Below, piece after piece: positions 48,055-57,810 of a stretch of DNA of 64,000 nucleotides (the stretch's first letter is position 1; each line of letters opens with the position of its first letter). The position numbers and the translations under genes are program-made. Origin of the DNA: an uncultured Candidatus Binatia bacterium. Lineage in GTDB: Bacteria; Desulfobacterota; Binatia; UBA9968; CAXXLF01. The DNA lies in the NCBI GenBank assembly GCA_965218425.1, contig OZ244621.1, positions 2,656,001-2,720,000 of the forward strand. Direction: 5' to 3'. The notes under the pieces were generated by a model. It saw only the letters and a program-made list of their open reading frames with translations. It ran no database searches and was not told the origin of the DNA.

Positions 48055-48181
48055 GGATTTACCTCCCCTTGGCCCCAATTGGGATCAACTTACACTATTC
48101 CTGCGGATTTTGACAAGCGGTGCTAGGGGAAAAATCTTACGAATCAAGGTATGTTTCCAATTCGCGGCAATCCAACGGGCA

Positions 48182-48381
48182 TTATTTTAGCAAATCCAGT
48201 TGCTGCTGCCGGCTCCGATTGGAAGTCTTTTGAATATCCGCGAGTGACTCTTTGGTACTTTCGTATATCTTAAACTCCTTAGTAACGACTTCTTTCACGG
48301 CGCGCGAACCCGGTTCTCGTCGTCCTTTCCGCCACAGGGGGTGAGAATCAGGGCCATTGTTAGAACCTCAAGCATATTCAT
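48182..48381 (-). pseudogene. Possible frameshifted small lipoprotein gene
   Basis: MNMLEVLTMALILTPCGGKDDE, continuing in a shifted frame as PGSRAVKEVVTKEFKIYESTKESLADIQK...LDLLK*. Confidence 0.35.
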
Positions 48382-48650
48382 GTGATTTCGTTTCATATTC
48401 TTGGCCTCCCCATTGTTCTTGCAAGGGTTTGCTCTCATCACGTCACCCGCTATTATACGATACTCAGTCCCATGGAGCCATTTGAGGATCAGGAGGCCGG
48501 TCGAGTCAGTATTCTGCTGATGGGATCAAAGACCGCTGGATTTTATGCTGCTATTTTGCTACCCGATGTGGATGTGCGGTTCATGGCTTTTCGTTTGTGG
48601 GGAGCCAATCTCACTATCCACTGTCCGTTATAAGGAAAGGGAGGTCTACC

Positions 48651-49673
48651 GTGTGTGATTTCGCCGCCGATGCCGCAGCCGCGGAACAGCTATTGGTTGG
48701 GAGGACCCTCACTGTGGAGCGAGTCCGCGAGCTCAATGCCAAGGACTATTTCTACCAGATGCTCAAGGATAATCCGGAGATGCTCAAGATCTATCCGGGC
48801 ATCGAAAATGAACTGTTGCTGGGTGCCATTGACTGCCACATCCATGCCTACCCCGACTTTGTCCATCGCTCCCAGAATATGATCCAGATCGCCCTGGAAG
48901 CTTCCAAGTCGGGTATGCGGGCGGTGGCCTTCAAAGACCATTGGAACATCAGCTGTAGTTCCGCCTATCTGGTCCAGCGCCATGTTGATTTCTTATTCGA
49001 GCGCGGTGAAATCGAGCGCCGGGTGGAGGTTTACGGCGGCGCCGGCACATGTCATGGGATGAATCCCGACTACATCCGTGTGGCCCTTCAGTATCCCAAT
49101 TTCAAGATGATCTGGTTTCCCACCTTTACCTCGCTGGGTTTCTGGCGCGGGGCGGGTCATCCCGACAGGGGAGGCGTCAGGTTGGTGGGGGAAGACGGTG
49201 AGGTATTGCCCAATGTGGTGGAGGTCATGCAGATGGCGGTGGAGAAGAAAGTCGGCATCGGTTTTGGCCATACCGATTTTAAGGAGTTGCTGCCCCTGGC
49301 CAAAAAGGCCAAGGAGCTTGGCGTTCGTGCCACACTCGATCACCCGCTACTGGAACTCAACAAACTTCTTCTGGATGAAATGAAGGAACTGGCGGAGCTG
49401 GGGGTCTATGTGGGCACCTATTGCCAGCCCATGATCCCAAGCCTCTACCAACCGGTGGCTGACCCCATGGAGACCATTAAGACCATCAAAGAGATTGGAC
49501 CGGAGCGCTGTATTATTGGCAGCGACTTTGGCCAGGTGCTTCATATGGACGCCATCGACGGCATGCGCGTTTTCATCCGCGCCTTGCTGGCCTATGGGAT
49601 CAAGCCCGACCAGGTGAAGATGATGCTCAAAGACAATCCCGCCAAGCTCATGTGGTTGGATGAGTCGGCGTAA
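48651..49673 (+). CDS. DUF6282-like metal-dependent hydrolase (amidohydrolase fold)
   Basis: GAIDCHIH, GMRAVAFKDH, IWFPT, GH, DHP, SDFGQ, DNPAKL; GGAGGT RBS before GTG. Confidence 0.75.
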   Translation: MCDFAADAAAAEQLLVGRTLTVERVRELNAKDYFYQMLKDNPEMLKIYPGIENELLLGAIDCHIHAYPDFVHRSQNMIQIALEASKSGMRAVAFKDHWNISCSSAYLVQRHVDFLFERGEIERRVEVYGGAGTCHGMNPDYIRVALQYPNFKMIWFPTFTSLGFWRGAGHPDRGGVRLVGEDGEVLPNVVEVMQMAVEKKVGIGFGHTDFKELLPLAKKAKELGVRATLDHPLLELNKLLLDEMKELAELGVYVGTYCQPMIPSLYQPVADPMETIKTIKEIGPERCIIGSDFGQVLHMDAIDGMRVFIRALLAYGIKPDQVKMMLKDNPAKLMWLDESA

Positions 49674-49693
49674 CGGAATAGGAAAGGAAATCC

Positions 49694-51385
49694 ATGGCTC
49701 AAGACCTAAAGAAACACAGCCGCGCAATCACTGACGGGCCGGACCGGGCGCCGTCAAGGGCGATGCTCAAGGGAATAGGATTCACGGATCAGGATCTAGC
49801 CCGCCCATTGGTGGGTGTCGCCAACACCTGGATAGAGGTGATGCCTTGCAACTATCACCTGCGTAGGCTCTCGGCAAAGGTGAAAGAGGGAATCCGTGCC
49901 GCAGGGGGAACCCCCATTGAATTTAACACCGTGGCCGTTTCCGACGGCATTTCCATGGGAACTGAAGGAATGAAGGCCTCCCTGGTTAGCCGGGAAGTCG
50001 TGGCGGACTCAATCGAGCTGGTCACGCGGGGTCACCTCTTCGACGCCGTGGTGGCGCTGTCCGGCTGCGACAAAACCATCCCGGGCACCGTCATGGCGCT
50101 GGCCCGTTTGAATCTGCCTTCATTGATGCTCTATGGAGGCTCCATCATGCCGGGAAGCTTCCGCGGCAGGGATGTGACGATTCAGGACGTCTTTGAGGCG
50201 GTGGGAGCTCACGCCTCCGGCAAGATGTCCGATGCCGATTTAAAAGAGCTCGAGGGACAAACCTGTCCAGGACCAGGGGCCTGCGGCGGGCAATTCACCG
50301 CCAATACCATGGCCACCGCATTTGAGATGATGGGAATATCCCCCATCGGCAGCGCGAGCATTCCGGCCATGGACACAAAAAAAGACGATGCAGCATTCAG
50401 CGCGGGTCAGCTGGTGATGAAGCTGTTGGAGCAAGGTCTGACTGCCAAAGACGTCATCACTGAGGAGGCCCTCGAGAACGCCATTGCGGCCATCGCGGCC
50501 ACGGGTGGCTCCACCAATGGAGTGCTGCATCTCCTGGCGGTAGCCCGCGAAGCCGGCGTGTCTCTGGTGCTCGATGATTTTGACCGGATCAGCGCACGCA
50601 CCCCTCTGCTTGCAGATCTCAAACCGGGCGGGCGATTTGTAGCTACAGATCTTTATCGGGCGGGTGGTGTCCCGCTGGTCGCCCGACGTCTTTTGGAAGG
50701 CGGGTTGCTCAACGCTAACGCCATGACGGTTACGGGTCGAACCATTGGTGAAGAGGTTAAGAGTGCCAATGAGGCCCCGGGACAGGAGGTGGTTCTTCCC
50801 CTCTCAAAGCCGCTGAAGCCCACGGGGGGACTGGTGATCCTCAAGGGGAATTTGGCACCTGAGGGATGCGTGATCAAGGTAGCTGGACATGAGAGGGTTA
50901 AGCATCGCGGGCCGGCCCGTGTCTTTGACCGTGAGGAAGACGCCTTTCAGGCCGTGCAGGCGGGAAAGATTCAGGCCGGTGACGTGGTGGTCATTCGCTA
51001 CGAGGGCCCCAAGGGAGGTCCAGGGATGCGCGAAATGCTGGCGGTCACGGCGGCGCTGGTGGGTGCTGACCTGGGAGATTCCGTGGCGCTGCTCACGGAC
51101 GGCCGCTTCTCTGGTGCGACCCACGGGCTCATGGCGGGCCACGTGGCCCCGGAGGCGGCCCATGGAGGGCCCATTGCGGCCCTGCGGGACGGAGATATGG
51201 TGTCCTTCGATGTGGAGGGTCGTCGCCTGGACGTGGAGCTGTCGGATGATGAGATCCGGTCACGGCTCGGCCAGTGGACGCCACCAAAGGCGCGTTATGC
51301 GACCGGGGTCATGGCAAAATATGCTTACCTGGTCTCCTCAGCAGCCGATGGTGCGGTGACGGGATTCAACCGCAACGGGGGGTGA
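49694..51385 (+). CDS. ilvD: Dihydroxy-acid dehydratase
   Basis: [50 protein letters not shown]. Confidence 0.97.
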   Translation: MAQDLKKHSRAITDGPDRAPSRAMLKGIGFTDQDLARPLVGVANTWIEVMPCNYHLRRLSAKVKEGIRAAGGTPIEFNTVAVSDGISMGTEGMKASLVSREVVADSIELVTRGHLFDAVVALSGCDKTIPGTVMALARLNLPSLMLYGGSIMPGSFRGRDVTIQDVFEAVGAHASGKMSDADLKELEGQTCPGPGACGGQFTANTMATAFEMMGISPIGSASIPAMDTKKDDAAFSAGQLVMKLLEQGLTAKDVITEEALENAIAAIAATGGSTNGVLHLLAVAREAGVSLVLDDFDRISARTPLLADLKPGGRFVATDLYRAGGVPLVARRLLEGGLLNANAMTVTGRTIGEEVKSANEAPGQEVVLPLSKPLKPTGGLVILKGNLAPEGCVIKVAGHERVKHRGPARVFDREEDAFQAVQAGKIQAGDVVVIRYEGPKGGPGMREMLAVTAALVGADLGDSVALLTDGRFSGATHGLMAGHVAPEAAHGGPIAALRDGDMVSFDVEGRRLDVELSDDEIRSRLGQWTPPKARYATGVMAKYAYLVSSAADGAVTGFNRNGG

Positions 51386-51392
51386 TAAGGCA

Positions 51393-52256
51393 ATGCGGTC
51401 CACAATAATTAAATTGATGGTGGTGTTGGTGGGTCTACTGCTCGCGAACGCCGTTCCCAGCTCAGCCCAAAGAGAGCCGGTCCGGAAAATTGACAGGATC
51501 TCCGGCGCACTCTATCGATTCCAGAACAATTTTCACTATTCGGTCTTTTTGGTGACCGGGGATGGAATCATTGCAACTGACCCCATCAACGCGGATGCGG
51601 CTAAATGGCTCAACGGGGAGCTGCGCAAGCGCTTTAACCAGCCGGTTAAGTATCTTATTTACAGTCACGACCACCCTGACCACATTGCCGGCGGAGAGGT
51701 CTTTGCCGACACCGCGGTGGTTGTAGCGCATGATAATGCAAAGGCGGCCATAGTTGGAGAGAAGCGGCCTGCTGCGGTCCCCAACGTCACCTTTTCCGAC
51801 AAGATGACCATTGAACTGGGTGGCCAAACCGTGGAGCTTCAGTATGTTGGCCGGGGACATTCGGACAATTTGATCGTCATGAATTTCCCGGGGCAACGTG
51901 CGCTGTTTGCGGTTGATTTTGTTTCGGTTAATAGACTCCCGTATCGGAATCTAGGGGACGCTTATTTTCCAGACTGGATGGAGGGACTGAAGGTCGTGGA
52001 AGGGATGGAATTTGACATTCTGGTGCCAGGTCATGGTCCCATGGGCAAGAAACAAGATGTCCGAAACCATCGTGCTTATCTCGACGATCTATACGAGGTG
52101 GTTCTCAAAGAGGCCCGTGCGGGGAAATCTCTTGAGGAGATGCAGCACAGCGTCAGGCTCCAAAAGTATAAAGACTGGGGCCGGTACAAGGAGTGGCTGC
52201 CGCTTAATATTGAGGGGATGTACCGAAACATCCAGCTCCACCGTCGAGGAAATTAG
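51393..52256 (+). CDS. Exported MBL-fold metallo-hydrolase
   Basis: Signal peptide; SHDHPDHIAG, GRGHS, VPGHG. Confidence 0.88.
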   Translation: MRSTIIKLMVVLVGLLLANAVPSSAQREPVRKIDRISGALYRFQNNFHYSVFLVTGDGIIATDPINADAAKWLNGELRKRFNQPVKYLIYSHDHPDHIAGGEVFADTAVVVAHDNAKAAIVGEKRPAAVPNVTFSDKMTIELGGQTVELQYVGRGHSDNLIVMNFPGQRALFAVDFVSVNRLPYRNLGDAYFPDWMEGLKVVEGMEFDILVPGHGPMGKKQDVRNHRAYLDDLYEVVLKEARAGKSLEEMQHSVRLQKYKDWGRYKEWLPLNIEGMYRNIQLHRRGN

Positions 52257-52280
52257 AAACGTAAGGAGAACACCGTAGCA

Positions 52281-52685
52281 ATGGCTAAGTATACAATGCT
52301 TTCTATGCCGTTAGGTAAGGTGAAAGAAAGGCAGTTTCTGGCCCGCGCCATGGGTTGTAAAGGAGTGGGTGTGAGTCTCATGCGACTCAAGCCGGGGGAA
52401 GGGGCCGGCTATGTCCACCGGCACAAGGTGCAGGAAGAGGTCTTTATCATCCTCAAGGGTACCGGCACCATCCTCCTCGATGGAAAACGTCACTCCATGC
52501 CGGAGGGTGCCATGGTGCGGGTTGGTCCCACCGTTTATCGTGCCATGGGCAACACCTCGAGACGAGATGTGGTGTACATGGTGCTCGGCGCGATCCCGCC
52601 AAAGAATTTTCCCAAAGGCGGTAGAACTCTTCTCGGAGATGGCATCCCAAACCGAAAAAGGACCGTACGCTGGAAAAAAAAGTAG
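52281..52685 (+). CDS. Cupin domain protein
   Basis: HRHKVQEEVFIILKGTG cupin motif 1. Confidence 0.85.
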   Translation: MAKYTMLSMPLGKVKERQFLARAMGCKGVGVSLMRLKPGEGAGYVHRHKVQEEVFIILKGTGTILLDGKRHSMPEGAMVRVGPTVYRAMGNTSRRDVVYMVLGAIPPKNFPKGGRTLLGDGIPNRKRTVRWKKK

Positions 52686-52784
52686 AGACGGCAAATTTGT
52701 TGCGTATCTTCTTTGACAAAATACCGGTGATCCCATAAAAAGGAATTAAGGCCGGCTCGTTTCAATCCATGGATTAACTGAACC

Positions 52785-53111
52785 ATGAGTAAACGGGAAA
52801 AAGATTTTGACCATGGGGTGGTCACGGAAACCGATAAAGAGACCGAGAAGAAGCTCAAAAAACCGCCCCTTTATAAAGTCCTGTTGCACAATGATGACTA
52901 CACCACAAAGGAATTTGTAGTGCAGGTTCTGGAGTACGTATTTCACAAGGCGCACACTGAGGCCGTGCATATCATGCTGCATGTTCATCAAAACGGTATT
53001 GGTGTAGCGGGTGTTTATACCTACGAGGTGGCGGAGACCAAAGTGGCCCTGGTGGATAGTTTGGCACGACAACACGAGTACCCTCTCAAGTGTACTATGG
53101 AAGAGGCCTGA
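52785..53111 (+). CDS. clpS: ATP-dependent Clp protease adaptor ClpS
   Basis: [32 protein letters not shown]. Confidence 0.97.
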   Translation: MSKREKDFDHGVVTETDKETEKKLKKPPLYKVLLHNDDYTTKEFVVQVLEYVFHKAHTEAVHIMLHVHQNGIGVAGVYTYEVAETKVALVDSLARQHEYPLKCTMEEA

Positions 53112-53112
53112 G

Positions 53113-55362
53113 ATGATTGCGAAAGAACTTGAAAAGATCTTAAAACTAGCGTTCCAAGAGGCAAAGAAACGACGTCATGAGTTCGTTTGCCTCGAGCATC
53201 TTCTCTACGCATTGCTCCAGGACGATGAGGCAAGCCGCACCATTTTGAAGTGCGGGGGCGATGTGGAGCAGTTGAAAAAGGATCTAGAGGATTTCTTTGA
53301 GAACAACCTGGAAAGGCTGCCGGCGGAAATGGACCGAAAGCCTCAGGAAACTTTGAGCTTCCATCGTGTGCTGCAACGGGCGATCCTCCATGCCCAATCC
53401 GCCGAAAAATCAGAAATCCATGGGGGAGATATCCTGGCCGCGCTGTTCCGAGAAGGGGACTCCCATGCAGCCTTTCTCTTGCAGAAACAGGGAATCACCC
53501 GCTTTGATGTGATCAACTATATCTCCCATGGGGTCTCCAAGGTCGATGACGAGGAAGAAGGAGAGGAGCTTGCCGAGGAGGAGGAAAAAGACGGCGAGGG
53601 CGCGAGGCCCTCCAGGGATCCCCTCAAGGCCTTCACCGTCAACCTGGTGGAAGAGGCCAAGCAGGGACGCATTGACCCTCTCATTGGTCGGGAGAACGAG
53701 ATTCAGAGAACCATTCATATCCTTTGCCGTCGGCGAAAGAACAATCCCATATACGTAGGCGATCCTGGAGTGGGGAAGACCGCCATCGCCGAGGGCCTTG
53801 CCTTAAAAATTCATCAACAGAAGGTGCCCGAGGCCCTCAAGGACGCGGTCATTTATGCTTTGGATATGGGGGCGTTATTGGCAGGGACAAAATTTCGGGG
53901 GGAGTTTGAAGCCCGTTTGAAAGGTGTTTTGAGCGCACTGAAAAAACAACCCGAATCGATACTTTTCATTGACGAGATTCACACCGTGGTTGGGGCAGGG
54001 GCCGCCAGTGGCAGCTCCATGGATGCGTCGAATATATTGAAGCCCGTCCTTGCCTCCGGACAGCTCAAGTGCATTGGCTCTGCCACCTACCACGACTACA
54101 AGAGTTATTTTGAAAGAGATCGAGCACTGGCGCGACGATTTCAGAGGATTGAAGTTCCAGAGCCCAGCGTGGAGGAAACCTATCAGATCCTTCAGGGATT
54201 GAAGGCCCACTACGAGAAGCATCACGGGGTAACCTATAGCTCCCCGGCCCTTCGCACCGCTGCACAACTGTCGGCGAAACACATCAACGACCGCCGCCTG
54301 CCTGATAAGGCCATTGATGTGATTGATGAGGTGGGGGCTTCGGTTAAAGTCTTGCCGCCCGATAAGCGCAAGAAGACCATCAGTCCCAAGGATATCGAAA
54401 AGATCGTGGCCACCATGGCCAAGATCCCGCCCCGCAGCGTGTCGGTGTCGGATAAAGAGCAGCTCAGTAACCTGGATAGAGACCTCAAACTAACCGTCTT
54501 TGGACAGGACGAGGCCATTGATACTGTGTCCAGCGCCATCAAGTTATCACGCTCCGGGTTGGGTCAACCTGAAAAACCCATCGGCTGTTTTCTCTTCCTG
54601 GGACCCACAGGGGTGGGGAAAACCGAAGTGGCAAAACAGCTTGCCCGTACCCTGGGAGTGGAATTCCTCCGCTTCGACATGAGCGAGTATATGGAAAAGC
54701 ATACGGTCTCGCGTCTCATCGGAGCGCCTCCGGGCTACGTGGGATTCGACCAAGGTGGCCTGTTGACCGACGCCGTAAACAAGACGCCTTATTCGGTGTT
54801 GCTCCTGGATGAAATCGAAAAGGCCCATCCGGATCTGTTCAATATCCTGCTTCAGGTGATGGACCACGCAACGCTAACCGATAACAACGGGAAGAAGTCG
54901 GACTTCCGCAATATCATTTTGATCATGACCACCAACGTGGGCTCGCGGGAGATAAGTGGATCGCCCTTGGGATTTGGAAAGAACACCAATGTGGGCAAGG
55001 GTAAGGAAGCCATGGAGAAGATGTTCAGCCCCGAGTTCCGAAATCGACTGGATGCCACGGTCTTTTTTAACTCGCTGAACCCTGAAGTAATCGAGCGCGT
55101 GGTGGATAAGTTTGTTATGGAGCTGGATCTTCAACTAAACGAGAAGAAGGTCTACCTCCACCTTACGCCGAAAGGACGTAGTTGGCTTGCCAAGAAGGGC
55201 TATGACCCCGTATTTGGTGCCAGGCCCATGGCCCGTGTCATTCAGACCGAGATTAAACGGGTGCTGGCCGACGAGATACTTTTTGGAAAGCTGCAAAACG
55301 GCGGCAGGGTAGAGATCGACGAGAGCGAAGACAAGCTCACGTTTAAGTACAAGGAATCCTAG
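53113..55362 (+). CDS. clpA: ATP-dependent Clp protease ATP-binding subunit ClpA
   Basis: Two AAA+ modules (GDPGVGKT, GPTGVGKTE), no ClpB M-domain, directly after clpS; start ATG 53113. Confidence 0.96.
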   Translation: MIAKELEKILKLAFQEAKKRRHEFVCLEHLLYALLQDDEASRTILKCGGDVEQLKKDLEDFFENNLERLPAEMDRKPQETLSFHRVLQRAILHAQSAEKSEIHGGDILAALFREGDSHAAFLLQKQGITRFDVINYISHGVSKVDDEEEGEELAEEEEKDGEGARPSRDPLKAFTVNLVEEAKQGRIDPLIGRENEIQRTIHILCRRRKNNPIYVGDPGVGKTAIAEGLALKIHQQKVPEALKDAVIYALDMGALLAGTKFRGEFEARLKGVLSALKKQPESILFIDEIHTVVGAGAASGSSMDASNILKPVLASGQLKCIGSATYHDYKSYFERDRALARRFQRIEVPEPSVEETYQILQGLKAHYEKHHGVTYSSPALRTAAQLSAKHINDRRLPDKAIDVIDEVGASVKVLPPDKRKKTISPKDIEKIVATMAKIPPRSVSVSDKEQLSNLDRDLKLTVFGQDEAIDTVSSAIKLSRSGLGQPEKPIGCFLFLGPTGVGKTEVAKQLARTLGVEFLRFDMSEYMEKHTVSRLIGAPPGYVGFDQGGLLTDAVNKTPYSVLLLDEIEKAHPDLFNILLQVMDHATLTDNNGKKSDFRNIILIMTTNVGSREISGSPLGFGKNTNVGKGKEAMEKMFSPEFRNRLDATVFFNSLNPEVIERVVDKFVMELDLQLNEKKVYLHLTPKGRSWLAKKGYDPVFGARPMARVIQTEIKRVLADEILFGKLQNGGRVEIDESEDKLTFKYKES

Positions 55363-56522
55363 CCCCCATCGTCCATCCCCTTTTTTAACTGGCTTCTTTC
55401 CAGCAACGCGTTTTGTTTGGAGACGGTGTAGGACCTTTCCTCCTTCAAGTGTTCCCGCAAGACTCGCCTGAAACCCTCGTCTGATATGTAGTGCATGCTG
55501 TAGGTCTTTTCCGGCTCGAGCCCCCGGAGTTCCTTGAAGCTTCCCCCCGCGCCCGCCTCGAAGCGCTGTAGACCCTTGAGAACGCAGTGTTCAATGGCCG
55601 AGTAGTAACAGACGTTGAAGTGAAGGAACCGGTGGTACTCGATGGCCCCCCAGTACCGACCGTACATTGCCGTCTCGTCCTGAGCGTTCAGTGTTCCGGC
55701 AATGACCCGTGAGTCTTTTTCCGCAATCACGAGACAAACATAAGGTTTAAACCTTCGGGCCAGCTCCTCAAAAAAGCCCATGGTGAGGTACTGCCTCCCA
55801 TAGTAGAGTTCATCAATATGGGCTTTGTAAAGATGGAACATGGTCTTGAGGAGGCCCGGGCTCAGTTCATCTCCTTCTACTGCCCGAACCTGAATGCCCT
55901 GGGCCGACAGCTCGCGCCGTTCCTTTTTAATCTTGTTGCGTCGGTCGCTGCGAAAGGAGCCCAGGTAGTCGTCGAAGGTCTCATAGCCGTGGTTTTGCCA
56001 ATGGAACTGGAGGCCAATTTTAGGTAGGAATCCGAGCTTCGTGAGCACCTCTGTCTCATCCTCCAGGCAAAAATTCACATGGACTGAGGAAATAGTATTG
56101 TCCCTACAGATCTGGATCAGAGATTGTCCGAGGAGATGAATCAGCTGACGACGATCCTCCTTAGGGTCGGTCAAGAATCGCATTCCCGTGACGGGAGTGA
56201 ATGGGACACCAACGAGCATTTTTGGGTAATACTGGATCCCCGACCTGGACGCGAAATGGGCCCACTCATGGTCAAAGACGAACTCCCCCATGCTGTTCCC
56301 TTTGAGATACATGGGACAGGCCGCAACGGGTTTACCCTCCTTCTCAATGACGATGTGCTGAGGTAGCCAACCGGTCCGTCCGGTAGCGCACCCCGTCTGT
56401 TCCAGGGCGTCGAGCCAATCCCACCGCATGAACGGCGATCCGCCCTTTAACAGGCGATCCCAGTCGTTGCCCTGAACCTCGCTAACCTTCTTGAGGACCT
56501 TGACCGTAAGCTTCGTTTCCAT
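55359..56522 (-). CDS. FemAB-like GNAT protein (DUF482 family)
   Basis: YLKGNSMGEFVFDHEWA, YYPK...VPFTPVTG, SSVHVNF, YGRYWG, LHFNVCYY, FEAGAGG. Confidence 0.88.
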   Translation of the reverse strand: METKLTVKVLKKVSEVQGNDWDRLLKGGSPFMRWDWLDALEQTGCATGRTGWLPQHIVIEKEGKPVAACPMYLKGNSMGEFVFDHEWAHFASRSGIQYYPKMLVGVPFTPVTGMRFLTDPKEDRRQLIHLLGQSLIQICRDNTISSVHVNFCLEDETEVLTKLGFLPKIGLQFHWQNHGYETFDDYLGSFRSDRRNKIKKERRELSAQGIQVRAVEGDELSPGLLKTMFHLYKAHIDELYYGRQYLTMGFFEELARRFKPYVCLVIAEKDSRVIAGTLNAQDETAMYGRYWGAIEYHRFLHFNVCYYSAIEHCVLKGLQRFEAGAGGSFKELRGLEPEKTYSMHYISDEGFRRVLREHLKEERSYTVSKQNALLERSQLKKGMDDGG

Positions 56523-56715
56523 TGTCCCCTTACATGCCAGATGCATTCCGAAAGGTCCAGAGGGGATGAGATCGCTACGAATTTCATTTCAACCAGCGAT
56601 GCAAAGTGGAACTATCGGGGAGATATAGTAATAACTGATTTTGAGTAGAGTCTTGAGAACCATAGCCTGCGATCACAGGGGTAAGATGTTTCACAAAGCA
56701 TAGGTAGGTTTCACG

Positions 56716-57393
56716 TTAACCCTTTTCCACTTGAACGGCTTTGACCCTGACCCGGGCGGTTCCTTTTTTATGGAAGCCAATCTTTTTGGCGGCCCCCAGG
56801 CTAAGATCAATGATCCTATCGCCTGATCTGGCGTTGTGATCGCTGGGGAAGGGCCCGCGATCATTGACCCTGACGATAATGGAACGCTTGTTTTCAAGGT
56901 TTGTGACTTTAACGTACATCGGAAGAGGTAAATGCTTATGGGCGGCGGTTAACCCATTGGGGTTGAAGGCCTCACCATTGGCTGTCATACGCCCGCCTTT
57001 TTTATTTTGAGTCTCGTAGCCATACCAGGAAGCGACGCCAGTCTGTTTGTAGTTCTGAGCCTTCTTAACCGACATGGGATAGTATTTTCTCCCTTTAACG
57101 GTGTAGGGAGCGTTCTTGACTTTACCCTGGCGTATGGCTTCCTTTGGTGAGAGGCCGTCGATGGTTTCGATATCATTGGTTAGCGGCCATTGTATGGGAG
57201 CCTTAATCACCACATAGGTGAATTTACCCACCTTGTAAATGACCTTTCCGGTCTTATAGGTCGCCTTTCCTACCCATATTCCTCCTTTGATTGTCCCTAC
57301 AGTGGCCTTGTAGGGTGCTTTGATTACGGAACAAGCTCCCAGAACCAGGGCCAGAGCACCAAAAACGCCGCTGTTATAAGAGTTTATCTTCAC
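56716..57393 (-). CDS. rlpA: RlpA-family lytic transglycosylase lipoprotein (start uncertain)
   Basis: Lipobox LGAC; PYTVKG..Y, GVASWYG, TANGE, TAAHKHLP, VRVNDRGPF, RIIDLS. Confidence 0.88.
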   Translation of the reverse strand: MKINSYNSGVFGALALVLGACSVIKAPYKATVGTIKGGIWVGKATYKTGKVIYKVGKFTYVVIKAPIQWPLTNDIETIDGLSPKEAIRQGKVKNAPYTVKGRKYYPMSVKKAQNYKQTGVASWYGYETQNKKGGRMTANGEAFNPNGLTAAHKHLPLPMYVKVTNLENKRSIIVRVNDRGPFPSDHNARSGDRIIDLSLGAAKKIGFHKKGTARVRVKAVQVEKG

Positions 57394-57536
57394 ACTAAGA
57401 CCTTGCAAGGAGTGCCCGATTTGGGATATAGAAAACCTGGACGACCTGACACGGACGCTGTATCCAGCCCTATTTTCTACCAAGTTGACTGTCATTGCAA
57501 AGGCTGAGTGTGAAGTTGTAACCGGAAAGGTGGAAG

Positions 57537-57800
57537 ATGACTTACAAATTTTCCGTGGGTGACAAGGTTAGAATCAAAACCGAAGACTACAATGATCGAA
57601 AGAGGGTCCCCAGGTACATCATGGGAAGAGTGGGTACGGTGGAAACCGTGCGTGGTTTTTTCAGTAACCCGAGGGACCATCGGGAGGATCGGCCCCCCAT
57701 CTATTCCGTCGGTTTTGATCAGGAGCAGATCTCTCCACAAGGCTTCAAAAAAGATAAAATTATTGTGGATGTATTTGAAGACTGGATGATGGCCGAATAG
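57537..57800 (+). CDS. Stand-alone nitrile hydratase beta C-terminal SH3-like domain (ScnA-like)
   Basis: FSVGDKVRI, RVPRYIMGRVGTV, YSVGFDQ, VDVFEDWM. Confidence 0.85.
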   Translation: MTYKFSVGDKVRIKTEDYNDRKRVPRYIMGRVGTVETVRGFFSNPRDHREDRPPIYSVGFDQEQISPQGFKKDKIIVDVFEDWMMAE

Positions 57801-57810
57801 GAGGAATGAG

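Noticed and set aside
53011..53112. N-terminal extension of ClpA given by the ORF track
   Set aside because: Overlaps clpS in another frame; ATG 53113 right after the clpS stop matches the usual ClpA start.
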